Source: the human T2T-CHM13v2.0 reference genome, Homo sapiens. Taken from it: DNA of 64,000 nucleotides. The position numbers were made by a program, and so were the translations under genes. The stretch lies in the NCBI RefSeq assembly GCF_009914755.1, contig NC_060933.1. One strand, given 5' to 3'. This document shows positions 15,452-30,055 of the stretch, piece after piece. The notes under the pieces are model-generated. The model was not told the DNA's origin, searched no databases, and worked only from the letters and a program-made list of their open reading frames with translations. Numbering within the stretch: the first letter of the stretch is position 1; every line of letters starts with the position of its first letter.

Positions 15452-18400
15452 GAGGAATGGAATGGAATGGAATGGAAACTACCCCAATGGAATGGAATGG
15501 AATGGAGTGTAAGGGAATTGAATAGAATCAATCCGAATGTAATGGAATGGAATGGAACGGAATGGAATGGAATGGAATGGAATGCAATGGAATGGAATGA
15601 TACGGAATAGAAAGGAATGGAACGAAATGGAATGGAATGGAATGGAATGGAATGGAATGGAATGGAATGGAATCGTTCCGAGTGGAATAGGAAGGAATGT
15701 ATTCGAGTGGAATGGAAAGGAATGGATTCAACCAGAGTAGAAAGGAAGGGAATGGAATGGAATGGAAACTAATAGAATGGAATCAACCCGAGTGGAATCG
15801 AATGGAAAGGACTGGAATGGAAAGGAATGGAATGGAATGGAATGGAATGAACGCGAGTGCAGGGGAATGGAATGGAATCGAATGGAATGGAATGGAATGG
15901 AATGGAATCAACCCGAGTGCAGGAGAATGTAATGGAACGGAATGCAATGGAATGGAATCATCCGGAATGGAATGGAATGGATTGGAATAGAATCAACCCG
16001 AGTGCAATGGAATGGAGTGGAATGGAATGAAATGGAATGGAACAACCCGAATGGAATGGAATGTAATGGAGAGTAAGGGAGTTGAAAAGAATCAATCCGA
16101 AAGTAATGGAATGGAATGGAATGGAATGGAATGGAATGGAATGCAATGGAATGGAATCAACCCGAGTACAATGGAATGGAATGGAATGGAAAGGAATGGA
16201 ATGGAATGGAATGCAATGGAATGGAATCTTCCGGAATGGAATGGAATGGAATGGAATGGAATGGAATGGAATGGAATGCAATGGATTCAACTCGATTGCA
16301 ATGGAATGGAATAGAATGGAATGGAATGGAATGGAATGGAATGGAATGGAATTAAACCGAATAGAATGGAATGGAAATGAATGGAAGGGAACGGAACGGA
16401 ACGGAACGGAACGGAGTGGAATGGAATGGAATGGAATTGTATGGAATGGAATGGCTTGGTACGGAATAGAATGGAATGGAAAGAATTGGAATGGAATGGA
16501 ATGGAATGGAATGGAATGGAATGGAATGGAATGGAATCAACCTGAGTGCAACGGAATGGAGTGGAATGGAATGGAATGGAATGGAACAACCCGAATGGAA
16601 TGGAATGTAATGGAGAGTAAGGGAGTTGAATAGAATCAATCCGAATGTAATGTAATGGAATGGAACGGAATGGAATTGAATGGAATGGAATGGAATGCAA
16701 TGGAATGGAATCAACCCGAGTGCAATGGAATGGAGAGGAATGGAATGGAATGGAATTGAAACTACCCGAATGGAATGGAATGTAATGGAGTGTAAGGGAA
16801 TTGAATAGAATCAATCCGAATGGAATGGAATGGAATGGAACGGAATGTAATGGAATGGAATGGAATGGAATCAACCCGAGTGCAGGGGAATGGAATGGAA
16901 TGGAATGCAATGGAATGGAGTCATCCGTAAGGGAATGGAAAGGAATGGAATGGAATGGAATGTTACGGAATAGAATGGAATGGAAAGAATTGTAATGGAA
17001 TGGAATCGAATGGAATGGAATGGAATGCAATGGAATGAAACCGAGTGCAGGGGAATGTAATGGAACGGAATGCAGTGGAATGGAGTCATCCGTAAGGGAA
17101 TGGAAAGGAATGGAATGGAATGGAATGGAATGGAATGGAATGGAATCAACTCGATTGCAATCGAATGGAATGGAACGGAATTAACCCGAATAGAATGGAA
17201 TGGAATGGAATGGAACGGAACAGAATGGAATGCAATGGAATGGAATGGAACGGAAAGGAAGGGAATGCAATGGAATAGAATGGAATGGAATGGAATCAAC
17301 GCGAGTGCAGGGCAATGGAATGGAATGGAATGCAATGGAATGGAATCTTCCGGAATGGAATGGAATGGAATGTAATGGAATGGAATGGAATCAACCCAAG
17401 TGCAATGGAATGGAGTGGAATGGAATGGAATGGATTGGAACAACCCGAATGGAATGGAATGTAATGGAGAGTAAGGGAGTTGAATAGAATCAATCCGAAT
17501 GTAATGGAATGGAATGGAACGGAATGGAATTGAATGGAATGGAATGGAATGCAATGGAATGGAATCAACCCGAGTGCAATGGAATGGAGAGGAATGGAAT
17601 GGAATGGAATGGAAACTACCCGAATGGAATGGAATGTAATGGAGTGTAAGGGAATTGAATAGAATAAATCCGAATGTAATGTAATGGAATGGAATGGAAT
17701 GGAATGGAATGGAATGGAATTAACCCGAATAGAATGGAATGGAATGCAATGGAACTGAATGGAACGGAATGGAATGGAATGGAATGGAATGGAATGGAAT
17801 GGTATGGAATGGAATGGAATGGTACGGAATAGAATGGAATGTAACGAATTGTAATGGAATGGAATTGAATGGAATGGAATGGAATCATCGCGAGTGCAGG
17901 GGAATGTAATGGATCGGAATGCAATGGAATGGAATCATCCGGAATGGAATGGAATGGAATGGAATGGAATGGAATGGAATGGAATCAACCCGAGTGCAAT
18001 GGAATGGAGTGGAATGGAATGGATTGGAATGGAACAACCCGAATTGAATGGAATGTAATGGAGAGTAAGGGAGTTGAATAGAATCAATCCGAATGTAATG
18101 GAATGGAATGCAACGGAATGGAATTGAATGGAATGGAATGGAATGAAATGGAATGCAATCAACCCGAGTACAATGGAATGGAATGGAATGGAATGGAATG
18201 GAATGCCTTCAAACCGAATGGAATGGAAAGGAATGGAATCAACACGAGTGGAATGGAATGGAATGGAATGGAATGGAATGATACGGAATAGAATGGAATG
18301 GAACGAAATGCAATGGAATGGAATGGAATGGAATGGAATGGAATCGTTCCGAGTGGAATAGGAGGGAATGTATTCGAGTGGAATGGAAAGGAATGGAATC

Positions 18401-19280
18401 AACCAGAGTGGAATGGATGGGAATGGAATGGAATGGAAACTGATAGAATGGAATCAACCCGAGTGGAATGGAATGGAAAGGACTGGAATGGAATGGAATG
18501 GAATGGAATCAAGTCGATTGTAATGGAATGGAATGGAATGGAATGGAATGGAATTAACCCGAATACAATGGAATGGAATGGAATGGAACGGAATGGAGTG
18601 GAATGGAATGGAATCAACCCGAGTGCAGGGGAATGGAGTGGAATGGAATGCAATGGAATGGAATCATCCGGAATGGAATGGAATGGAATGGAATGCAAAG
18701 CAATGGAATCAACTCGATTGCAATGGAATGGAATGGAATGGAAAGGAATACATTGGAATCAACCCGAGTGGAATGGAATGGAAAGGACTGGAATGGAGTG
18801 GAATGGAATGGAATGGAATGGAATGGAATCAACTCGACTGGAATGGAATGGAATGGAATGGAATGGAATGGAATTAACCCGAATAAAATGGAATGGAATG
18901 GAATGGAACGGAACGGAACGGAACGGAATGGAATGGAATGGAATGGAATGGAATGGAATGGAATGGAATGGAATGGAATCAACCCGACTGCAGGGGAATA
19001 GAATGGAATGGAATGGAATGCAATGGAATGGATTCAACTTGAATGGAATGGAAGGAATGGAATCAACACGAGTGGAAAGGCATGGATTGGAATGGAATGG
19101 AATGGAATGAACCCGAGTACAGGGGAATGGAATAGAATGGAATGCAATGGAATGGAATCATCCGTAATGGAATGGAAAGGAATGGAATGGAATGGAATGG
19201 AATGGAATCAACTCGATTGCAATCGAATGGAATGGAATGGAATTAACCCGAATAGAATGGAATGGAATGGAATGGAACGG
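15452..19280 (+). repeat. Long direct duplication, copy 2
   Basis: Matches 1-3850, for example ORFs 246..539 = 15697..15990 and 2852..3664 = 18298..19110. Homology ends at ~19280. Confidence 0.93.
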
Positions 19281-22200
19281 AATGGAACGGAATGGAATGG
19301 AATGGAACGGAAAGGAATGGAATGGAATGGAATGGAATGGTATGGAATGGAATGGAATCAACGCGAGTGCAGGGGAATGGAATGGAATGGAATGCAATGG
19401 AATGGAATGGAATGGAATGGAATGGAATCAACTCGATTGCAATCCAATGGAATGGAATGGAAATAACCCGAATAGAATGGATTTGGAATGGAATGGAACG
19501 GAACGGAACGCAACGGAATGGAATGGAATGGAATGGAATGGAATGGAACGGAAAGGAATGGAATGGAATGGAATCTAATGGAATGGAATGGAATGCACTG
19601 GAATCAACGCGAGTGCAGGGGAATGGAATGGAATGGAATGCAATGGAATGGAATCTTACGGAATGGAATGGAATGGAATGGAATGGAATGGAATGGAATC
19701 AACCCGAGTGCAATGGAATGGAGTGAAATGGAATGGAATGGAACAACCCGAATGGAATGGAAAGTAACGGAGAGTAAGGGAGTTGAATAGAATCAATCCG
19801 AATGTAATGGAATGGAATGGAACAGAATGCAATTGAATGGATTGGAACGGAATGCAATGGAATGGAATCAACCCGAGTGCAATGGAATGGAGAGGAATGG
19901 AATGGAATGGAATGGAAACTACCCGAATGAAATGGAATGGAATGTAGTGTAACGGAATTGAATAGAATCAATCCGAATGTAATGGAATGGAATGGAACGG
20001 AATGGAATGGAATGGAATGGAATGGAATTGAATGGAATGGAATGGAATGCAATGGAATGGAATCAACCCGAGTGCAATGGAATGGAGAGATATGGAATGG
20101 AATGGAATGGAAACTACCCGAATGGAAAGGAAAGTAATGGAGTGTAAGGGAATTGAATAGAATCAATCCGAATGTAATGGAATGGAATGTAACGGAATGG
20201 AATGGAATGGAATGCAATGGAATGGAGTCAACCCGAGTGCAATCGAATGGAATCGAATGGAATGGAATGCAATGGAATGGATTCAACTTGAATGGAATGG
20301 AAAGAATAGAATGAACACTAGTGGAATGGCATGGATTGGAATGGAATGGAATGGAATCAATCCGAGTACAGGGGAATGGAATGGAATGGAATGCAATGGA
20401 ATGGAATAATCCGTAATGGAATGGAAAGGAATGGAATGGAATGGAATGGAATGGAATCAACTCGATTGCAATCGAATGGAATGGAATGGAATTAACCCGA
20501 ATAGAATGGAATGGAATGGAATGGAACGGAACGGAATGGAATAGAATGGAATGGAAAGGAATGGAACGGAACGGAACGGAGTGGAATGGAATGGAATGGA
20601 ATGGAATGGAATGGAATGCAATGGAATGGAATCAACCCGAGTGCAATCGAATGGAATCGAATGGAATGGAATGCAATGGAATGGATTCAACTTGAATGGA
20701 ATGGAAAGAATGGAATCAACACGAGTGGAATGGCATGGATTGGAATGGAATGGAATGGAATCAACCCGAGTACAGGGGAATGGATTGGAATGGAATGCAA
20801 TGGAATGGAATCATCCGTAATGGAATGGAAAGGAATGGAATGGAATGGAATGGAATGGAATGGAATGGAATGGAATGGAATGGAATCAACTCGATTGCAA
20901 TCGAATGGAATGGAATGGAATTAACCCGAATAGAATGGAATGGAATGTAATGGAATGGAACGGAACGGAACGGAATGGAATGGAATGGAATGGAATGGAA
21001 TCAACGCGAGTGCAGGGGAATGGAATGGAATGGAATGCAATGGAATGGAATCTTCCGGAATGGAATGGAATGGAATGGAATGGAATGGAATGGAATCAAC
21101 TCGATTGCAATCGAATGGAATGGAATGGAATTAACCCGAAGAGAAAGGAATGGAATGGAATAGAACGGAACGTAATGGAATGGAATGGAATGGAATGGAA
21201 TGGAACGGAACGGAATGGAATGGAATGGAATGGAATGGAATGGAATGGAATCAACGCGAGTGCAGGGGAATGGAATGGAATGGAATGCCATGGAATGGAA
21301 TCTTCCGGAATGGAATGGAATGGAATGGAATGGAATGAAATGCAATGGGGTCAAATCGATTGCAATGGAATGGAATAGAATGGAATGGAATGGAATGGAA
21401 TGGAATTAATTCGAATAGAATGGAATGGAATGGAATGCAATGGAATGGAACGGAATGGAATGGAATGGAATGGAATGCTATGGAATGGAATGGAATGCTA
21501 CGGAATAGAATGGAATGGAACGAATTGTAAAGGAATGGAATTGAATGGAATGGAATGGAATGGAATGGAATGGAATCAACGCGAGTGCAGGGGAATGTAA
21601 TGGAACGGAATGCAATGGAATGGAATCATCCGCAATGGAATGGAATGGAATGGAATCAACCCGAGTGTAATGGAATGGAGTGGAATGGAATGGAATGGAA
21701 TGGAACAACCCTAATGGAATGGAATGTAATGGAGAGTAAGGGAGTTGAATAGAATCAATCCGAATGTAATGGAATGGAATGCAACGGAATGGAATGGAAT
21801 GGAATGGAATGGAAAGGAATGCAATGGAATTGAATCAACCCGAGTACAATGGAATGGAATGGAATGGAATGGAATGGAATGGAATGGAATGGAATGGAAT
21901 GGAATCGTTCCGAATGGAATCGGAGGGAATGTATTCGAGTGCAATGGAAAGGAATGGAATCAACCAGAGTGGAATGGAAGGGAATGGAATGGAATGGAAA
22001 CTAATAGAATGGAATCAACCCGAGAGGAATGGAATGGAAAGCACTGGAATGGAATGGAAAGGAATGGAATCAACTCGATTGTAATGGAATGGAATGGAAT
22101 GGAATGGAATGGAATGGAATTAACCCGAATACAATCCAATGGAATGGAATGGAACGGAATGGAGTGGAATGGAATGGAATCAACCGAAGTGCAGGGGAAT

Positions 22201-25200
22201 GGAATGGAATGGAATGCAATGGAATGGAATCATCCGGAATGGAATGGAATGGAATGGAATGCAAACAATGGAATCAACTCGATTGCAATGGAATGAAATG
22301 GAATGGAAAGGAATACATTGGAATCAACCCGAGTGGAATGGAATGGAAAGCACTGGAATGGAGTGGAATGGAATGGAATGGAATGGATTGGAATCAACTC
22401 GATTGGAATGGAATGGAATGGAATGGAATGGAATTAACCCGAATAGAATGGAATGGAATGGAATGGAAAGGAATGGAAGGGAATGGAATGGAATGTAATG
22501 AACCCGAGTGCAGGGGAATGGAATGGAATTGAATGCAATGGAATGGAATTGAATGCAATGGAATGGAATCATCCGGAATGGAATGGAAGGGAATGGAATG
22601 GAATGGAATGGAATGGAATGATCCCGATGCAATGGAATGGAATGGAATGGAATGGAATGGAATGGAAACATCCCGAATGGAATGGAATGCAATGGAATGG
22701 AATCAACCCGAGTGCAGGGGAATGGAATGGAATGGAATGCAATGGAATGGAATCATCCGTAATGGAATGGAAAGGAATGGAATGGAATGGAATGGAATGG
22801 AATGGAATGGAATCAACTCGATGGCAATCGAATGGAATGGAATGGAATTAACCCGAATAGAATGGAATGGAATAGAATGGAACGGAACGGAACGGAATGA
22901 AATGGAATGGAATGGAATGGAATGGAATGGAATGGAATGGAACGGAAAGGAAGGGAATGGAATGGAATAGAATGGAATGGAATGGAATCAACGCGAGTGC
23001 AGGGGAATGGAATGGAATGGAATGCAATGGAATGGAACAACCCGAATGGAATGGAATGAAATGGAGAGTAAGGGAGTTGAATAGAATCAATCCGAATGTA
23101 ATGGAATGGAATGCAACGGAATGTAATGGAATGGAATGGAATGGAATGCAATGGAATGGAATCAACCCGAGTACAATGGAATGGAATGGAATGGAATGGA
23201 ATGGAATGGAATGGAATGGAATGGAATGGATTGGAATACCTTCAAACCGAATGGAATGGAAAGGAATGGAATCAACACGAGTGGAATGGAATGGAATGGA
23301 ATGGAATGGAATGGCAAGGAATGGAATGGAATGATATGGAATAGAATGGAATGGAACGAAATGGAATGGAATGGAATGGAATGGAATGGAATGGAATGGA
23401 ATGGAATCGTTCCGAGTGGAATAGCAGGGAATGTATTCGAGTGGAATGGAAAGGAATGGAATCAACCAGAGTAGAATGGAAGGGAATGGAATGGAATGGA
23501 AACTAATAGAATGGAATCAACCCGAATGGAATGGAATGGAAAGGACTGGAATGGAAAGGAATGGAATGGAATGGAATGGAATGGAATGGAATGGAATGGA
23601 ATGGAATGGAATCAACGCGAGTGCAGGGGAATGGAATGGAATGGAATGGAATGGAATGGAATGGAATGGAATGGAATGGAATCAACCTGAGTGCAGGGGA
23701 ATGTAATGGAACGGAATGCAATGGAATGGAATCATCCGGAATGGAATGGAATGGAATGGAATGGAATGGAATGGAATGGAATCAACCCGAGTGCAATGGA
23801 ATGGAGTGGAATGGAATGGAATGGAATGGAATGGAATGGAATGGAATGGAATGGAATGGAATGGAAACCCGAGTGCAGGGGAATGTAATGGAACGGAATG
23901 CAATGGAATGGAATCATCCGGAATGGAATGGAATGGAATGGAATGGAATCAACCCGAGTGCAATGGAATGGAGTGGAATGGAATGGAATGGAATGGAACA
24001 ACCCGAATGGAATGGAATGTAATGGAGAGTAAGGGAGTTGAATAGAATCAATCCGAATGTAAAGGAATGGAATGCAACGGAATGGAATTGAATGGAATGG
24101 AATGGAATGCAATGGATTGGAGTCAACCCGAGTGCAATGGAAAGGAGAGGAATGGAATGGAATGGAATGGAAACTACGCGAATGTAATGGAATGTAATGG
24201 AGTGTAAGGGAATTGAATAGAATCAATCCGAATGTAATGGAATGGAATGGAATGGAATGCAGTGGAATGGAATGGAATGGAATCAACCCGAGTGCAATGG
24301 AATGGAGTGAAATGGAATGGAATGGAATGGAAACAACGAGAATGGATTGGAATATAATGGAGTGTAAGGGAATTGAATAGAATCAATCTGAATGTAATGA
24401 AATGGAATGGAACGGAATGTAATGTAATGGAATGGAATGGAATGCAATGGAATGGAATCAACCTGAGTGCAATCAAATGGAATCGAATGGAATGGAATGC
24501 AATGGAATGGATTCAACTTGAATGGAAAGGAAAGAATGGAATCAACACGAGTGGAATGGCATGGATTGGAATGGAATGGAATGGAATCAACCCGAGTACA
24601 GGGGAATGGAATGGAATGGAATGCAATGCAATGGAATCATCAGTAATGGAATGGAAAGGAATGGAAAGGACTGGAATGGAATGGAATGGAATGGAATGGA
24701 ATGGAATCAACTCGATTGCAATCGAATGGAATGGAATGGAATTAACCCGAATAGAATGGAATGCAATGGAATGGAACGGAACGGAACGAAACGGAACGGA
24801 AAGGAATGGAATGGAATGGAACGGAACGGAATGGAATGGAATGGAATGGAATGGAATGGAATGGAATGGAATCAACGCGAGTGTAGGGGAATGGAATGGA
24901 ATCGAATGGAATGGAAAGGAATGGAATGGAATCAACCCGAGTGCAGGGGAATGTAATAGAACGGAATGCAATGGAATGGAATCATCCGGAATGGAATGGA
25001 ATGGAATGGAATGGAATCAACCCGAGTGCAATGGAATGGAGTGGAATGGAATGGAATGGAATGGAACAACCCGAATGGAATGGAATGTAATGGAGAGTAA
25101 GGGAGTTGAAAAGAATCAATCCGAATGTAATGGAATGGAATGGAACGGAATGGAATGGAATGGAATGGAATGGAATAGAATGTAATGGAATGGAAAGAAC

Positions 25201-26969
25201 CCGAGTACAATGGAATGGAATGGAATGGAATGGAATGGAATGGAATGGAATGGAATGGAATGGAATGGAATGCAATGGAATGGAATCTTCCGGAATGGAA
25301 TGGAATGGAATGGAATGCAATGGATTCAACCCGATTGCAATGGAATGGAATAGAATGGAATGGAATGGAATGGAATGGAATGGAATGGAATTAAACAGAA
25401 TAGAATGGAATGGAATGGAATGGAACGGAACAGAACAGAACGGAACGGAAAGGAGTGGAATGGAATGGAATGGAATTGTATGGAATGGAATGGAATGGTA
25501 CGGAATAGAATGGAATGGAAAGAATTGGAATGGAATGGAATCGAATGGAATGGAATTGAATGGAATGGAATCAACCCGAGTGCAGGGGAATGTAATGGAA
25601 CGGAATGCAATGGAATGGAATCATCCGGAATGGAATGGAATGGAATGGAATGGAATGGAATGGAATGGAATCAACCTGAGCGCAATGGAATGGAGTGAAA
25701 TGGAATGGAATGGAATGGAGACAACCAGAATGGATTGGAATATAATGGAGTGTAAGGGAATTGAATAGAATCAATCTGAATGTAATGAAATGGAATGGAA
25801 CGGAATGGAATGGAATGTAATGGAATGGAATGGAATGCAATGGAATGGAATCAACCCGAGTGCAATCGAATGGAATCGAATGGAATGGAATGCAATGGAA
25901 TGGATTCAACTTGAATGGAATGGAAAGAATGGAATCAACACGAGTGGAATGGCATGGATTGGAATGCAATGGAATGGAATCAACCCGAATATAGGGGAAT
26001 GGAATGGAATGCAATGCAATGGAATGGAATCATCCGTAATGGAATGGAAAGGAATGGAATGGAATGGAACGGAATGGAATGGAATGGAATCAACTCGATT
26101 GCAATCGAATGGAATGGAATGGAATTAACCCGAATAGAATGGAATGGAATGGAATGGAACGGAACGGAATGGAATGGAATGGAATGGAATGGAATGGAAT
26201 GGGACGGAAAGGAAGGGAATGGAACGGAATAGAAAGGAATGGAATGGAATCAACGCGAGTGCAGGGGAATGGAATGGAATGGAATGCAATGGAATGGAAT
26301 CATCCGTAATGGAATGGAATGGAAAGGAATGGAATGGAATGGAATGGAATGGAATAGAATGGAATGGAATCAACACGATTGCAATCGAATGGAATGGAAT
26401 GGAATTAACCCGAATAGAATGGAATGGAATGGAATGGAACGGAACGGAACGGAATGGAATGGATTGGAATGGAATGGAATGGAATGGAATGGAACGGAAA
26501 GGAATGGAATGGAATGGAATGGAATGGAATGGAATGGAATGGAATGGAATCAACGCGAGTGCAGGGGAATGGAATGGAATGGAATGCAATGGAATGGAAT
26601 CTTCCGGAATGGAATGGAATGGAATGGAATGGAAGGGAATCAACCCGAGTGCAATGGAATGGAGTGGAATGGAATGGAATGGAATGGAACAACCCGAATG
26701 GAATGGAATGTAATGGAGAGTAAGGGAGTTGAATAGAATCAATCCGAATGTAATGGAATGGAATGGAACGGAATGGAATTGAATGGAATGGAATGGAATG
26801 CAACGGAATGGAATCAACCCCATTGCAATGGAATGGAGAGGAATGGAATGGAAACTACCCGAATGGAATGGAATGTCATGGAGTGTAAGGGAATTGAATA
26901 GAATCAATCCGAATGTAAAGGAATGGAATGGAACGGAATGGAATGGAATGGAATGGAATGGAATGGAAT

Positions 26970-29440
26970 CAACCCGAGTGCAATCGAATGGAATCGAATT
27001 GAATGGAATGCAATGGAATGGACTCAACTTGAATGGAATGGAAAGAATGGAATCAACACGAGTGGAATGGCATGGATTGGAATGGAATGGAATGGAATCA
27101 ACCTGAGTACAGGGGAATGGAATGGAATGGAATGCAATGGAATGGAATCATTCGTAATGGAATGGAAAGGAATGGAATGGAATGGAATGGAATGGAATGG
27201 AATGGAATGGAATCAACTCGATTGCAATCGAATGGAATGGAATGGAATTAACCCGAATAGAATGGAATGGAATGGAATGGAATGGAACGGAATGGAATGG
27301 AATGGAATGGAATGGAATGGAATGGAACGGAACGGAATGGAATGGAATGGAATGGAATCAACGCGAGTGCAGGGGAATGGAATGGAATGGAATGCAATGG
27401 AATGGAATCTTCCGGAATGGAATAGAATGGAATGGAATGGAATGAAATGCAATGGATTCAACTCGATTTCAATGGAATGGAATAGAATGGAATGGAATGG
27501 AATGGAATGGAATTAATCCGAATAGAATGGAATGGAATGGAATGGAACGGAATGGAACGGAATGGAATGGAATGGAATGGAATGGAATGGAATGGTATGG
27601 AATGGAATGGAATGGTACGGAATAGAATGGAATGGAACGAATTGTAATGGAATGGAATTGAATGGAATGGAATGGAATGGAATGGAATCAACGCGAGTGC
27701 AGGGGAATGTAATGGAACGGAATGCAATGGAATGGAATCATCCGGAATGGAATGGAATGGAATGGAATGGAATGGAATCAACCCGAGTGCAATGGAATGG
27801 AGTGGAATGGAATGGAATGGAATGGAACAACCCCAATGGAATGCAATGTAATGGAGAGTAAGGGAGTTGAATAGAATCAATCCGAATGTAATGGAATGGA
27901 ATGCAACGGAATGGAATGGAATGGAATGGAATGGAATGCAATGGAATGGAATCAACACGAGTACAATGGAATGGAATGGAATGGAATGGAATGGAATGGA
28001 ATGGAATGGAATGATACGGAATAGAATGGAATGGAACGAAATGGAATGGAATGGAATGGAATGGAATGGAATGGAATGGAATGGAATCGTTCCGAGTGGA
28101 ATAGGAGGGAATGTATTCGAGTGGAATGGAAAGGAATGGAATCAACCAGAGTGCAATGGAAGGGAATGGAATGGAATGGAAAGGAATGGAATGGAATGGA
28201 TTGGAATGCAATGGAATGGAATCAACCCGAGTGCAATCGAATGGAATCAAATGGAATGGAATGCAATGGAATGGATTCAACTTGAATGGAAAGGAAAGAA
28301 TGGAATCAACACGAGTGGAATGGCATGGATTGGAATGGAATGGAATGGAATCAACCCGAGTACAGGGGAATGGAATGGAATGGAATGCAATGGAATGGAA
28401 TCATCCGTAATGGAATGGAAAGGAATGGAATGGAATGGAATGGAATGGAATAGAATGGAATGGAATCAACTCGATTGAAATCGAATGGAATGGAATGGAA
28501 TTAACCCGAATAGAATGGAATGGAATGGAATGGAACGGAACGGAATGGAATGGAATGGAATGGAATGGAATGGAATGGAACGGAACGGAATGGAATGGAA
28601 TGGAATGGAATGGAATGGAATGGAATCAACGCGAGTGCAGGGGAATGGAATGGAATGGAATGCAATGGAATGGAATCTTCCGGAATGGAATGGAATGGAA
28701 TGGAATGGAATGAAATGCAATGGATTCAACTCGATTGCAATGGAATGGAATAGAATGGAATGGAATGGAATGGAATGGAATTAATCCGAATAGAATGGAA
28801 TGGAATGGAATGGAACGGAATGGAACGGAATGGAATGGAATGGAATGGAATGGAATGGTATGGAATGGAATGGAATGGTACGGAATAGAATGGAATGGAA
28901 CGAATTGTAATGGAATGGAATTGAATGGAATGGAATGGAATCAACGCGAGTGCAGGGGAATGTAATGGAACGGAATGCAATGGAATGGAATCATCCGGAA
29001 TGGAATGGAATGGAATGGAATGGAATGGAATGGAATGGAATGGAATCAACCCGAGTGCAATGGAATGGAGTGGAATGGAATGGAATGGAATGGAACAACC
29101 CGAATGGTATGGAATGTAATGGAGAGTAAGGGAGTTGAATACAATCAATCCGAATGTAATGGAATGGAATGCAACGGAATGGAATGGAATGGAATGGAAT
29201 GGAATGGAATGCAATGGAATTGAATCAACCTGAGTACAATGGAATGGAATGGAATGGAATGGAATGGAATGGAATGGAATGGAATGGAATGGAATGGAAT
29301 GGAATGATACGGAATAGAATGGAATGGAACGAAATGGAATGGAATGGAATGGAATGGAATGGAATGGAATCGTTCCGAGTGGAATAGGAGGGAATGTATT
29401 CGAGTGGAATGGAAAGGAATTGTATCAACAAGAGTGGAAT
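26970..29440 (+). repeat. Older, diverged ~1.25-1.3 kb tandem duplication
   Basis: The same ordered motif string occurs twice (CAACTTG, CAACTCGATT, CTTCC, GAAATGCAATGGATTCAACTCG, TAATCCG, GGTAC, GATACGG, CGTTCCGAGT) with several substitutions. Confidence 0.7.
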
Positions 29441-30055
29441 GGAAGGGAAGGGAATGTAATGGAAACTAATAGAATGGAATCAACCCGAGTGGAATGGAAT
29501 GGAAAGTACTGGAATGGAATGGAATGGAATGGAATCAACTCGATTGTAATGGAATGGAATGGAATGGAATGGAATGGATTGGAATGGAATGGAATTAACC
29601 CGAATACAATGGAATGGAATGGAATGGAACGGAATGGAGTGGAATGGAATGGAATCAACCCGAGTGCAGGGGAGTGGAATGGAATAGAATGCAATGGAAT
29701 GGAATCATCCGGAATGGAATGGAATGGAATGGAATGCAAAGCAATGGAATCAACTCGATTGCAATGGAATGGAATGGAATGGAAAGGAATACATTGGAAT
29801 CAACCCGAGTGGAATGGAATGGAAAGGACTGGAATGGAGTGGAATGGAATGGAATGGAATGGAATGGAATCAACTCGATTGGAATGGAATGGAATGGAAT
29901 GGAATGGAATGGAATGGAATCAACTCGATTGCAATCGAATGGAATGGAATGGAATTAACCCGAATAGAATGGAGTGGAATGGAATGGAACGGAATGGAAT
30001 GGAATGGAATGGAATGGAATGGAATGGAATGGAATGGAATGGAATGGAATGGAAT

